A DNA stretch of 64,000 bases from Octopus vulgaris (GCA_951406725.2 OX597818.1:114452001-114516000); one strand, 5' to 3'. Numbered from the stretch's first letter, positions 1-12,663 are shown. Notes: a model not told the origin generated them from the letters alone. A program made the numbers and translations.

Positions 1-117
1 GAACTCCTGAACATTTTGAAATTCAAAGACAAACACAATCTTATTAACAAAAGGTCAGAGTTCAAACCATCCTGTATACATAAACTTATTAATACTTTCA
101 AATACTACAATGCTTAG
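1..117 (+). pseudogene. C-terminal end of a Penelope-like element ORF (GIY-YIG endonuclease tail), cut by the window edge
   Basis: Frame 1 reads ELLNILKFKDKHNLINKRSEFKPSCIHKLINTFKYYNA*, matching the PLE C-terminal pattern E-x3-I...L-x-NKRSE-x4-C-x-H. Confidence 0.7.
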
Positions 118-1733
118 GTCTTATACCAACTCCCCCATGCTATTTCCTCCCACCCGGTGCAACCTGTCGGCTCCAGCACATCCCGCTTTCCTATATGTGC
201 GTGTGTATGTGTGTGTGTGTGTGTGTGTGCGTGTGTATGTGCGCATACGTGTACGTATGTGTACATATACATATATATATATATGTGTGCCACCTCCATC
301 TCATGTTAAACTTTACAAAATTATATTTTTACCTTATTTTTTTATTTTATTTTATTTTATTTTTATTTTTATTTTTATTTTTACTTTTATCCTACTTCCT
401 TTTATTTTTATTTTTAATTTTATTTTTACTTTTATTCTACTTCCATTTACTCTCATTTTCATTTTCATCCCTTACCTTAACTCTTATAACCCTTATAATT
501 CTTATATTTCATTTCTAACTATTACATTGTATTTCTTATTTTATACTGTATATTTTATTTCTAATATTTACCCTTACCCTCATTCTTACCCCTAATTTAT
601 CGCTTTACACCTCTATATATGTTTATTTACTTACCTATGGATCCGCCTTTTGAGTATGCGAGCGTCCGCGTACGTGTGTATGCGCATACATACATATGCG
701 CGCGCGTATATGTACATGCATACTTCGATATCTTATGGCTATACCCATGTGCGCGTGTGTGTATATGAGTGTATATGTGCACGCACATACGGACACACAG
801 CCGTGTGTGCGTGCGCGTATTAACATGAGTACGGGATTCTTTACATACGTTCTTATACACATCCTTTAATACCTTATACCTAGACCTAGAGGCGTGGGCA
901 TATACGTGTGTGTATGTAGTGAGGGGCGCGCGTATATACATGTGAGCGTGTACGCGCGTAATGCCCGTCTATATATGCGGATATTCTGTTGTATGTATGT
1001 GTGTGTGCGCGCGTGCGTGTGGGTGCGTGTGTGTTTATGTACGGGTTTATACGCGAGTGCGTGTGTATGCTTATAGGCTTGGAGACGTATATGTACGCGT
1101 GTATGTGGGTGTATGTATCCATGATGATATGTATGTACTGGAAGTCCATTTAATTCAAGGAACCAGATTAAATTCTCATCAGCTCTGATTTACGACGAAA
1201 CTGTTAATTTACTGACAGTTCTACAACTAAGTTTTATCAATCTCCTGACCACCATGCTTGGTCCGCGACCTCTATACATCCCTTATCTTTACATTCTTTT
1301 ACACTTTTATCATGTTTTTATCAGGTTCTTTTACTTCTTTTACTATTATTTCCATTTCTATTTTTACTTTACAACCTTATGCCTTTACATTTATTTATAT
1401 TTCTTTATAGTTCTTTATACCCCCTTTACATCTCCTTACAACTCTTTATATCTTTATCCTCTACATTTTTATATTATTCTATACGTACATTTTTTATATA
1501 TATTTTTTATCCCTCGTCCCGAACTCTCGCCCCTCCATCTTCACCTCTATATACGTATTTATTCATTTACATTACCTCAACATCCAAGTTTCCTCATTCT
1601 ACATTGAGAGAAGAAAGAGATGGACGCTTCAATTCTATGCTGCTGCCGCATTATGTCGTACGTGAACGAGAGGATTTGCATCCCCAACCAAGAATTTTTG
1701 ATGTAACACATGTCCTTGTGGAAGCTGTTGTGC

Positions 1734-1811
1734 GCGGCTGAAGAAGGCCACAGACATACATTATGCTTTGTTATAAATCTGTCTAATAAAGGCCCGAAAC
1801 ATATGTACCGC
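1734..1811 (+). ncRNA. Type I hammerhead ribozyme (PLE-associated)
   Basis: gcgg-CTGAAGA-aggcc..ggccc-GAAAC-atat-GTA-ccgc: stem I gcgg/ccgc, canonical core, palindromic stem III, GUA cleavage triplet. Confidence 0.8.
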
Positions 1812-1850
1812 TGAATCCTTCGCCTCATGTTTTTATTTTTATTTTGATCA

Positions 1851-1900
<50 letters not shown>

Positions 1901-1981
1901 ATAATAAATATTAGGGAATAAATCCAAATTTACAGGGAAAAAATCAGATTTAGGATTAAATCCAATTTTATAGTAAAATAT

Positions 1982-2298
1982 TATAAAATATTATTAGAGA
2001 CAAAACCACTATTTTGCAAAACAAACAAGGAAAGACTTAATCAATACATAAAATTTTAATAAATAGTCAAAAAAACCGCCACTACAATTGTTTCTTGTCT
2101 TGATCGACAATCTTCAGGTGGACTTCCAATAAGTCAGTTTCAAATTATGAAACTGACTTATTGGAAGTCCACCTGAAGATTGTCGATCAAGACAAGAAAC
2201 AATTGTAGTGGCGGTTTTTTTGACTATTTATTAAAATTTTATGTATTGATTAAATCTTTCCTTGTTTGTTTTGCAAAATAGTGGTTTTGTCTCTAATA

Positions 2299-2308
<10 letters not shown>
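1982..2308. repeat. 327-bp fold-back palindrome (161-bp arms, 5-nt spacer) between (TA)n tracts, with an ~80-bp tail on the left (1900-1981)
   Basis: Arms are reverse-complementary around 2145, with one mismatch seen. Confidence 0.95.
2169..2211 (+). ncRNA. Minimal type I hammerhead ribozyme (mirror copy on minus strand at 2079-2121)
   Basis: ccac-CTGAAGA-ttgtc gatcaa gacaa-GAAAC aatt GTA-gtgg. Confidence 0.88.
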
Positions 2309-2372
<64 letters not shown>

Positions 2373-2374
<2 letters not shown>

Positions 2375-2690
2375 GTGGCAGACGGGCAAACTGGCAAGCT
2401 GGCCTGTCCGCAAGTGGACCACTGCGCCATTAGAATCCATATATGTGGGCTCATATGAGTATCTAAGGTGCCCATCTCCTCAAGTTTGAGAATTTTTTTA
2501 TTCACTCCGGGAAGAATGCATTAATCATTTCAGCCTGGCTGTGTTTGTAGACAGTTGAAAGAATACTTTTAACAGGAAAAAGAAAAATTAAATAATAGCT
2601 TTGTAGTTGCGGGTGGGACCCCCCTTGTAGTTGTGGGTGGGCCCCCTTAGTCTCCTGGCAACCAATACTTTTAGACCCAGTCCACCATTG
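2373..2690. mobile_element. Degenerate hAT-like MITE
   Basis: Imperfect TIRs cagtggcagacggg ... cccagtccaccattg; no clear target-site duplication (TSD). Confidence 0.45.
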
Positions 2691-3479
2691 ATAGGTATGT
2701 GTGTATAAATAAACACACCTATATACATATGTATGCATGTATGTATGTGTTTGTGTTTATGCGTATGTACTCGTATCTATGTAGGTCTAAAACAGTGATG
2801 CAACTAAATAGTGTGGGTATATGTGTATGTGTGTGGTGTGTGTATGTATGTATGGTGTATGAAAAAGTGTATTTGTACGTGCATATGTATGTTCATGTGC
2901 TGTCAGGATGTTTGTACAAACTGCAGCATTATTTAAGTATAGATAGCAGATGCGATCAAAAGAAAGATTAATGGAAAGTTGGTCAGCTTGAAAATTCAAT
3001 CGAAGTCGAAGTTTTTTGTTGCCGGATTATGACGTCATTGATTATATGAGCGAAGCGTACACCAGGTAACCAACACAAAGTTAAAACGGCCGTTCATTAT
3101 GCTAGGAAAGTGGACTTTCTGGTTGATATGTTGTCCTACGAAAGCTCTATTGACATTTAACGAGCAAACGTGTGAGAAGTATATTGATTCTCTCATAGCT
3201 GCTATCATAATGTTTGAAACTATTGAATTTTCTATGTCACACAAACTACCCTGGACTATCCTATTTCCTAATAAACGAGAATATACACCGTTATTTCATT
3301 GAATACAACGTGTGAATGAATAGCACGACTTTTGTAAGCTTCTGCTAAGGGCGCCTGTATCATTGTGCAGTAGATTTCAGTAGAGAGTCAAGCTATTAGA
3401 GTACTGACTAAGTGTATTGTTATTATAGTGCAGATTTCAGCGGACAGCCAAAATATTAGAGTACAATACTAAATATATT

Positions 3480-3690
3480 GATTTCAAATTTTGCTACAAG
3501 GCCAACAGTTTTGGAGGAGGGGATAAGTCGATTACATCGACCCCATTGTTCAACTGGTACTTATTTTATCAACACCGAAAGGATGAAAGGCAAAGTCGAT
3601 CCCGGTGGCATTTGATATCAGAACGTAAAGTTGGAAGAAATTCCGCTAAGTATTTTTCCCGGCGCGATTCCCCTTGGTCACCACCTACAA
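3480..3690 (-). mobile_element. tRNA-derived SINE family B (Meta-domain-like), degenerate copy
   Basis: Similar to the repeated gcctttcatcctttcggggtcgataaa..aagtaccag core found elsewhere in the window. Confidence 0.7.
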
Positions 3691-4261
3691 ACGGCAATGT
3701 ACTGCCATTTTGAATATGTCCAGCCTGTCTCAGACAAATTATACAGTCGGCTACGTAATGTATGGAGCACCACTAGGGAAAGAATAGCTTACTTTACTGG
3801 GCACTGCTGTGTAAAGTAAGAAGGACTTGATTAGTGACGGCGAAATTGCATTGGTTGCTAGACGTCGATTTTACAGATGACCATACAATGGAAAATATAA
3901 GTGGATGAAGAATCAGAGCATTGTGAATCTGTGAAACGTCGACCCAAGAAGATGATGACTACATTTTCGTTGTTAGACTTACCCCCACCCCACCACCACC
4001 ACACCACTTGATTAAACATACCCACCTCTCTTATGACGTCTTTCAGTGCACATCACTCTGCTACAAGCATTAACATTAGATTCCGCTCAGAAGACAACTT
4101 CCTCTCTCCACCATATCAATATTTCATATGTGTGAGTATGTGTCAGTATATTTCATATATGCACATACTCGTGAGTACGTGCATATATGAGTTTTAGCAT
4201 GCATATTTGCATGTATGTATGTATGTATGTATGTATGTATGTATGTATGTATGTATGCCAT

Positions 4262-4600
4262 CTACAGAGATCCTGAGACAGTGAAATTGGCCAGCATCGA
4301 ATGCATGATCCTCGAACGTCAGCTGCGCTGGGTGGGGCGTGTTATCAGGATGCCGGAAAACCATATACCCAAGATTGTCATTTTTGGGCAGTTAGCAGAG
4401 GGTAACCGACCGTAAGGAGGTCCAAAGAAGCGACATAAAGCGATATTAAAGATCTTCTCAAGAAATCCCCAAAGCTCTGCAACATCCCCCCTGGTGGACT
4501 TGAAACACTGGCCACAGATTGTTCTACCTGGAGGGGTATGGTCAAAACTGGTACGCAGTATTTTGAGGATGAGCGGACTAGAATGTTCCTCAAGTCAAAA
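4262..4600 (+). mobile_element. RTE-clade LINE 3' remnant
   Basis: SIECMILERQLRWVGRVIRMPENHIPKIVIFGQLAEGNRP*GGPKKR matches the RTE ORF C-terminal motif; contains a stop codon. Confidence 0.8.
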
Positions 4601-5319
4601 CATTTACGAGTCCCGTCTTCTAGCGAAGACATATATTGACGACTGGAATGTACAACCATTTAGAAGTTCATAAATTAAGGAAATATTTATCAGTGGATTT
4701 GTGGAACGGGTGTATAGAAACTGAATTGTTATGAGTTGTGAAATAATATTGAAACTTACTGGTTGGGTAGGACTGATTTCAGAGGGAAACTTAATGAGCT
4801 ATGAATAAGTGGGTTTTTTTAAAGTCCCTATATCCTTTACGTAAAAATACCTCGATAACATATCAGCCAGCAGGATGAACAGGTTGGGATTGTCAGCAGA
4901 TAAATATTGATGGTTGTCATCGACGTGACATCTCAACAACGAAAAAATTTGATAAAATAAATAGAAATTGAAAAAAAAAAAAGATATATATCAGAAAGAT
5001 AGATCATATGTCATGTGGACTCAAGGAAAGAAAAAAAAAAGAAAGCAATAACAAGCCTTGACTTCGAAGGACATTTGCTTTGCATGAACCAAATAAACTG
5101 AAATGACTAACAAAAACCTAACATAATCCCGTATCCTGTTAACACGATTATTATATTTTCATGTCTTGTATGTCAGCCAGAAAATCTTAGTCAGTCACAT
5201 GTTCTCTTAGAAAAATCGTAGCCAAATCTTCCTCAAATCAAACTCTGCTATTATAAAATAAGAATTGGATAATGTGGCCCTGATGTACAAAAAGACAGTA
5301 AGATAATTCTTGAAATACG

Positions 5320-6167
5320 TTCAATCGAGCGTTAAAAATGCAAAAAATGACGAAGCGCTAAAGAAAATTCTTGAGGGTAAATAGAGAAATGCCCAATCTG
5401 AATACCAGTTTAGGAAAGTCTCCGGTAGAGTTAATGTTCGCGCGAAAAGCAAAATAGGTCTTCGATGAATTATTGCCAGGAAAAATATATTTAAAGGAAA
5501 TACAGGAAAGGCAACAAAACATCTCGAAGTAGGCGACATAATTCATCAATTTTTTTAAAGGGTAAAGAAGGCTAGAAGAATGGTTTTGTAACTAAAAGAT
5601 TAGGAAACATGATTATGTAATTGAAGGACAACGTTGAAAAAATAAGAGACACCTAAACCAATTAAAGACAAGACAAACTGAAGAACGAAAAGAAATGTCA
5701 ATGGAAGTATGCTATGATATGTTTGAGGTGCCAGCACCGAAAGCGATTGAGCCTCGTAGATGCAGCAGTTGTAAAAGGAAACAGACTGTACACTTAGAAA
5801 TAATACCAAAACGAACAAGATATTAAGTTTTCAAAAAAGAAAGGGAGCGGTGCTGAAACTATGAAAGATGAAATAAACTTCACTTCTTACGGAAGTTGAA
5901 ATCTCAAAAGGGCAGATGTTGTGATAAGTCACGATTTCTCCTTGCGAGAAGTAGACTGGATCGTGTGATTATAAATCACACGTTCGGAGTGAAGTTTGTG
6001 CGTTAGTTCGAATTGAGTTAACGGTGATGTTGGAAGGTGACGGCTGGTTAGTTCGTTTGGAATATTAATTACTGGTTGCCGAAGAGATTGTTAGAGATTG
6101 TTCACTGTTAAAACATTGGTACAGCGTATCTAAACAATTAGTCAAATATCTTGGCGGTACCACAACA
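5320..6167 (+). mobile_element. Gypsy LTR retrotransposon remnant: integrase C-terminus, polypurine tract (PPT) and LTR (5917-6167)
   Basis: Integrase motif GKSPVELMFARK..VFDELLP, purine tract aaaagggcaga, and an LTR bounded by tgttgtg...cacaaca. Confidence 0.7.
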
Positions 6168-6856
6168 TTGGAGACGGAATATACAACAAAGCCATATGTG
6201 ATTATATGTATTTTTCATACATATAAATACGGAATAAATTATTCTCCACGTGTTAAAAAGATAAACTTATGTATGTATGTGTATGTATGTATGTATGTAT
6301 GTATGTATGTATATATACACACATAGATGTAGATAAGAGGAAACTCTAAATCCTTGCGTTAAAATAAATAATACAATCCTGGAGTGTTAGTTGCAGTTGT
6401 TTTGCATACCAGACAGGGCGAAACAACTCACCTGCTGTTTGAATTCAAATGTCATGAAAATAAGTTATATGATATCTTTAATGACTAACCGATTTAAATC
6501 ACAATAAGGACACTATCAGCTTTTTTCCCAATGAGTAACAAAATTTAGAACGCCACGATGAATTTTTTTTATCTATTTTTATAGTTAAATATTTATATAT
6601 TAGTGCTTCAATATATTTACCTACCTCCACGCTACCATGTAGTTGGATGCGGGCACACATTATTAAAAACGCCTCAAAAAGCCGAAATGCATCAGGTGTA
6701 CTCGTTGGCCGCCGCTCACATGATTGTTTTTTTTCCTCCCTCTAATAATTATTGTCCTTTTAACACTACATATCAGTAATAGGTTATTGCAAGACGAATA
6801 CCGCAGTAACCCCCTACCAAAGATGTATTTACGTTCAGTTTTATTTATAAATGGAT

Positions 6857-6904
<48 letters not shown>

Positions 6905-6910
<6 letters not shown>

Positions 6911-7089
6911 TATATTAAATTAGAGATAAAACCACTATTAGGCAAATCATACAATGAAAAACTTAAGCCAATACATAAGATTAATTAATTTATATTATTT
7001 AAATATATATCAAAATTATTAAAAAAGATAATTAATATAATCCTAAATCTGATTTTTCCCTGTAAGTTTGGATTTATTCCCTAATATTT

Positions 7090-7095
<6 letters not shown>
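6905..7095. mobile_element. Collapsed (centre-deleted) member of the 1900-2308 palindromic HHR family
   Basis: The start of one arm (tagagataaaaccacta..) is joined to the reverse complement of the tail (aatcctaaatctgatttttccctgtaa..ccctaata). Flanked by (TA)n. Confidence 0.75.
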
Positions 7096-7150
<55 letters not shown>

Positions 7151-7619
7151 AATTATATTTTAATACTTACTAATCATTTCTAAATTCTCTCTGCTACACG
7201 TGTTTCGTGAGGTGCGCTTAACGTTCCTTAGACACGCAGCCTTTTACAGCAACATATCTTAACTGCAAACCCAATCGTCAGGACTCTTGATAACTTTATA
7301 ATTCAATAACAATTTCTATATTTTAATATTTTAACAGTTACGAATGTAATTAACAGACAAATATGCGTGTGAGCAAATACATTCGCCGAAACTTGCTGTG
7401 CAAGCCATAATTTAAATGACTAAAAATTAAAAAAATTACAAAACTAACTTCAAACGGGAGTTATGCCTATAAACATGCATATAAATTAATAATATGTTGG
7501 AATGAAAGTTATAATATATAATAGTGATGATATAATAATGAAAAGACTATATAATACAGCGATGATAAAATAAACAATGACAAAGAAATATATATTCGAA
7601 TAAAAATTATAGTTAAAAG

Positions 7620-8012
7620 TGGGTGTTTGGTAAGTAGCTTGTCTACCAACCACATGGTTCCGGGTTCAGTCCCACTGCGTGGCATCTTGGGCAAGTGTCT
7701 TCTGCTATAGCCCCGGGCCGACCAATGCCTTGTGAGTGGATTTGGTAGACGGAAACTGAAAGAAGCCCGTCGTATATATGTATATATATATATATGTTTG
7801 TGTGTCTGTGTTTGTCCGCTAGCATTGCTTGACAACCGATGCTGGTGATGTCCCCGTTACTTAGCGGTTCGGCAAAAGAGACCGATAGAATAAGTACTGG
7901 GCTTACAAAAGAATAAGTCACGGGGTCGAGTTGTTCGATTAAAGGCGGTGCTCCAGCATGGCCACAGTCAAATGACTGAAACAAGTAAAAGAGTAAAAAG
8001 AGTAAAGAGTAA
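7620..8012 (+). mobile_element. tRNA-derived SINE family A (CORE-like, internal microsatellite, (AAGAGTA)n tail)
   Basis: A/B-box-like head, a cttgggcaagtgtctt segment, and many similar copies in the window. Confidence 0.85.
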
Positions 8013-8151
8013 ACAAATGCGTAAAATTTAGAGCGTAATAAGGTAAAAATAACGTACGAAATATCGTAAAATAAATGTCGTAAAATACGTTATAACGCTC
8101 TAATTTTTACAGGACCCGAAAGCACTACAATCCCAGAGTCACAAGATCTGC

Positions 8152-8435
8152 GTGACCAGTTTGCCTGCTAGAAATACCACACAAATGTCCAGCAAACCCC
8201 ATACAACTCTCTCTAAAAAGTAAAGCATCATTGGATTATGTTAGGATGAACTGAAAACAGGTTGGATTGTATGAAACATAATTCCAATAAATGATTAATT
8301 AATCATTTAGGGACAAAATAATGACTCATCAACTGGACAAACTGATTGATCGATTGATTGATTGATTACTGACTCACTCATTCTATTTCTTTGCCCGCCT
8401 GCCCTCCTCTAACCCTAACTCACACACACTTACTC

Positions 8436-8476
<41 letters not shown>

Positions 8477-8578
8477 TACACACACGCGCTTATATAATAT
8501 GAATGTATTTAATGTATATATACGTGTGTGTGTATGTGTGTGTGTGTTTGTTAGGGTGCATGGCTTAGGAGTTAGGGT
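8152..8578 (+). repeat. Local direct duplication, copy 1 (copy 2 at ~11231-11611)
   Basis: Near-identical ~260-bp block; the two copies also match again after an internal microsatellite. Confidence 0.85.
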
Positions 8579-9120
8579 GTAGCACTCACGGCCTTGCGAT
8601 TATGATTTCAATTCCTAGACCAAGTAGCGCGATGTGTTTTTGAGCAAAATATTTCATTTCACGTTGTTTTGCCATCACTTTGACACTTGGCGCGTGGCCC
8701 AACGTGTATCTGTTCAGAGAACGTCAATTTGATAGAGAAAGGGAGCAAATGTGCAACACGAGCCTTTCATCACTATAAACACCAAAAGTAAATAATGACA
8801 AACGAAATGAGTTATTTCAAATACGATGTTAGTAATTTCGAAATTTATTATTTCCAATTGCATCGTTCTTAGGGAATTAAGTATTTCATTAGTAAGTGCT
8901 AAATCGAACGCTCATTCAAAATGAATCGCATAAGATTGACCGCTAACTCCACTAAATTTAGAATGAATCAACATATCTAATCTTTCCGTTATACCAAGGT
9001 AAAATGTGCCACTCTTTTAGCGTTATATATTCAGTTGTAGAAGCAAAATAATGTTATTGTATATCTCAGGACATCTCATTCATTCAGACATATACAAACA
9101 TGTATACATACATATGTGTA

Positions 9121-9199
<79 letters not shown>

Positions 9200-9204
<5 letters not shown>

Positions 9205-9925
9205 ACGGGAAGCTTTATGAAAATAGACAAAAGACGAAGGCAGGTTTACGGAAATAAACAAAAGACGAAGGCAGGTGGAATACAAACAAACAATTGTATT
9301 AGTATGGCGCTCAGGAAATATAAATAAAACAAGTTTTTAACGTTTCGAGCCTACGCTCTTCAACAGAAAGATACACAGAAAAGAAACACAGAAAGAAGGA
9401 GAGGAAAAAAATGCGTGCAGAGGCTAGCGAATCAACATGGCGATCTATATATATATATATATATATATCATTACTTTATTTTTATATGTACATTTATTTT
9501 TATACTTTCTAAACTTTCCTGTATTTTTTTGTCTTTCTTTTTGTCGTCTCTTCCTTCTCAAGATGTCCTTACTCTATTTTCTCTAGTCTACACCCGTTAT
9601 TTTGCCCCCCTCTCCACCAGTCCTATTTCATACGCACATAACTTTCTCTTTCTTCGTGTTGGGGGGGGGCATCTTTACTTTGTTATCTCCCCTACTTTCT
9701 TTCTCGTGCGTGATCCTTCTGTCCGAGGCAGTCGCCATGATAGATCGTTAGCCACTACACATATTTTCTTCTCTCCTTGTTTTTTCTGTGTTCCTTTCTG
9801 TAGAAGAGCGTAGGCTCGAAACGTAAAATACTTTTTCAATTCCTGAGCGTTATACTTATATATCTGTTTGTTTTCTACACCACCTGTCTTCGTCTTTTGT
9901 TTTTTTCGTAAACTCTCCCTATATA
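9200..9925. mobile_element. Two opposed copies of a short TA-flanked PLE-like terminal repeat carrying variant HHRs (9335-9369 minus; 9795-9828 plus)
   Basis: ttt-CTGT(T/A)GA-a-gagc gtag gctc-GAAAC GT(T/A)-aaa, with a shared downstream caccacctgtcttcgtcttttg segment. Confidence 0.7.
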
Positions 9926-10196
9926 TATATTCGTGTGTGTGTGTGTGTAATATAATATCGGAACAAACATTGAATTCAATGTTTGCTCTTAAATTACGTT
10001 ATTGATATGTGCATCTGGCTCACTGTCATTTGAGCACTTCCCTGCAGTCCTATATATATTGTTCTTTTTCAATCGAAAGAAACGAAAGGAAGGATAAATG
10101 ATATACTCAGTGAACAATTTAAGAGTGTCTTCACTTCCCCCTTCATTTCTTCTATTCTTACACTTGTTTGGATTAATGACACCTTCACTCTCCCTC

Positions 10197-10255
<59 letters not shown>

Positions 10256-10299
10256 GTATATATATATATATGTGTATATATGTATATATGTATATATAT

Positions 10300-10620
10300 A
10301 GGTAAACAGTAAAAATAATTACAGACATGGACAAGAACATGAAACACCACAGAGACGACACAAGAACCACAGGACGGGACATTCGAAGCCCTCAGTCATC
10401 AGTCAAGAACCAGATCATCTTAGCAATTTCGGCTGATTAATCTTGAGATTGCTCCGATATGGGCAGCTCGCCAAGGGAAATCTAAGCCAAGCGCATTAGA
10501 TCCCCTGGAAGAAAGCTTCGAATGTATACAACACGAGGACGGAAAACGAACGAAGTACACGAACAAAAATACAGAATACGTGAAAAAATAGCAATGCAAT
10601 ACTAGAGTATTGCTTTCTGG
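10300..10620. mobile_element. TA-adjacent repeat with a conserved hairpin (second copy ~35200-35530)
   Basis: Both loci share ccagat.atctt.gcaatttcggctgatta..ct.gagattgctcc.at.tgg and gcattagat..c.tgg..gaaagc..cgaatgtataca. Confidence 0.7.
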
Positions 10621-10651
10621 TAAAGAATAGCCCGTGAGGGTAAAATTATAC

Positions 10652-11158
10652 ATAATAGTAAATAAATGGTACAACGAAGCACCGATATCTACTGGAAAAT
10701 AGCGAACGTAATTAATACGACGCTAATGTATAGCTTCACTGTGTATGTACTAGTAAAGATGCGTGTGTGCAACAAACATGAAAAGAATTGTCTTACCTCT
10801 AGGAAGAACATCTGAAAAAATGAAAAACCTAGATAACGGATAATGCAGTACCGGTTTCGGATTTTTCAAAATACGATTAGCAACCGTATTTGGAAAAATA
10901 CGAAATATTGTTGAGGTTTATGCAGCTGATGAGGATAAATTTTGAAAAATCCGAAACCGGTACTGCATTATCTGTTATCTAGGTTTTTCATTTTTCAGAT
11001 GTTTTTCCTAGAGGTAAGACAATTTTTTTAATGTTTGTTGCACACACGCATCTTTACTAGTACATACACAGTGAAGTTATACATTAGCGTCGTATTTATT
11101 ACGTTCGCTATTTTCCAGTAGATATCGGTGCTTCGTTGTACCATTTATTTACTATTAT
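10652..11158. repeat. Inverted repeat, ~220-bp arms (10652-10872 / 10939-11158) with a 66-bp spacer, ending at (TA)n
   Basis: Arms are reverse-complementary with a few mismatches. Confidence 0.92.
10921..10967 (+). ncRNA. Minimal type I hammerhead ribozyme
   Basis: tgcag-CTGATGA-ggat aaattttgaaaa atcc-GAAAC cg GTA-ctgca. Confidence 0.9.
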
Positions 11159-11494
11159 ATATATATATATATATATATCAAGGAGGTTCAAAGCTGGAAT
11201 ATCTGCTATCAAATGGCAAATAGGATATATGTGGCCAGTTTGCCTGCTAGAAATACCACACAAATGTCCAGCAAACCCCATACAACTCTCTCTAAAAAGT
11301 AAGGCATCATTGGATTATGTTAGGATGAACTGAAAACAGGTTGGATTGTATGAAATATAATTCCAATAAATGATTAATTAATCATTTAGGGACAAAATAA
11401 TGACTCATCAACTGGACAAACTGATTGATTGATTACTGACTCACTCATTCTATTTCTTTGCCCGCCTGCCCTCCTCCAACCCTAACTGACACTC

Positions 11495-11540
<46 letters not shown>

Positions 11541-12261
11541 GTGTATGTGTGTGTGCGTGCGCGCGCGCAGGTGCGTGTGTGTTTGTTAGGGTGCATGCCT
11601 AGGAGTTAGGGAGTTGCTCTTGTCTGTACCTCATGTCCGGCTGCTGGTTCATCCAGTATTGCGGAGAGGAGGATGTCTAGTTCCTTTTTGAAAACATCTA
11701 CTTTCACCTTATGCAAATTTCTTAATTTTTGTTGCAAGGCATTGAAGAGCTGTGGGCCGTTGAACCCTTGACTATTGCAGTACTTGGTCCTGAATTTAGA
11801 TGTAGTAGATAGTACCTATATGGGCAAGGGTAAAAATTTTGACATCCCTTAAACCTTCCCCGAGTAATACCTTCATGCCAAATTTGGTGCAAATTGATCC
11901 AGAGGTTTGGAAACACACATACACACACACACATATATACATGCATACATACACACACACATATATATATATAGAGAGAGAGAGAATGGGAGAGAGAGAG
12001 AAAGAGAGAGAAAGAGAGGGAGAGAGAAAGAAAGAGAGATTCCACGATAATTCGAAGGTACTAGAATAGTTGAACAAATCTCTCCACCTAACGGTATTAG
12101 ATCAAATTCAATGTTAGCACCGCCGAATTCAAAATATGAATGAGGTTCGTTTAGCTTCCCCTGCCCGCCCGCCCGCATGTGTCTTCAAGTAAACTACTAC
12201 AGGAAAAAACAAAATCTGCAATTTGTTCTCAGGGAGAAAATTCTATTATCAATAATAACAA

Positions 12262-12339
12262 ATGCCGATGAAGAATATGGTTAGTAAAGTATAATTTTAT
12301 ATTCTTTATGCAAAACCTAAATCAGAAACGCGCGTCCAT
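12262..12339 (+). ncRNA. Hammerhead-like motif (core CCGAUGA)
   Basis: atg-CCGATGA-agaatat..atattct..-GAAAC gcgc GTC-cat; a (TA)n tract follows ~280 bp later. Confidence 0.55.
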
Positions 12340-12622
12340 GGATAACCAGATATTGATTGATTTTCGTTGCTTTACTCTCTGCTTGTGTGAATTATCTTCA
12401 AGTATCTTGGTTTCTCCGGGAGACCCCCTTTTAAAGTAGAAGAAATAGCTAAGATTTTTGGCTGCTATTTCTAAACTTCGGTGTGTGGTGAAGCAAATCT
12501 TTGCTGAACCCTTTTTATTAGTATTACTTAAACTTACCGTGAAATGGTCCTTTTTTCAAATCGAATTCTACTTGGTGAAATTATTAATTATTTCTTAATT
12601 AATTAATTTTACCCTTTGTTAT

Positions 12623-12659
<37 letters not shown>

Positions 12660-12663
12660 ATAT

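Larger units (their letters stand above)
1..1855 (+). mobile_element. 3' part of a Penelope-like retroelement (ORF end, long low-complexity 3' region, HHR), ending at (TA)n
   Basis: PLE ORF end at 1-117, same-strand HHR at 1734-1811, then a (TA)n tract at ~1855. Confidence 0.55.

Noticed and set aside
7191-7239. Minus-strand GAAAC acgt GTA motif as a hammerhead
   Set aside because: The core reads CTAAGGA and stem I is displaced by 4 nt; too degenerate to call.
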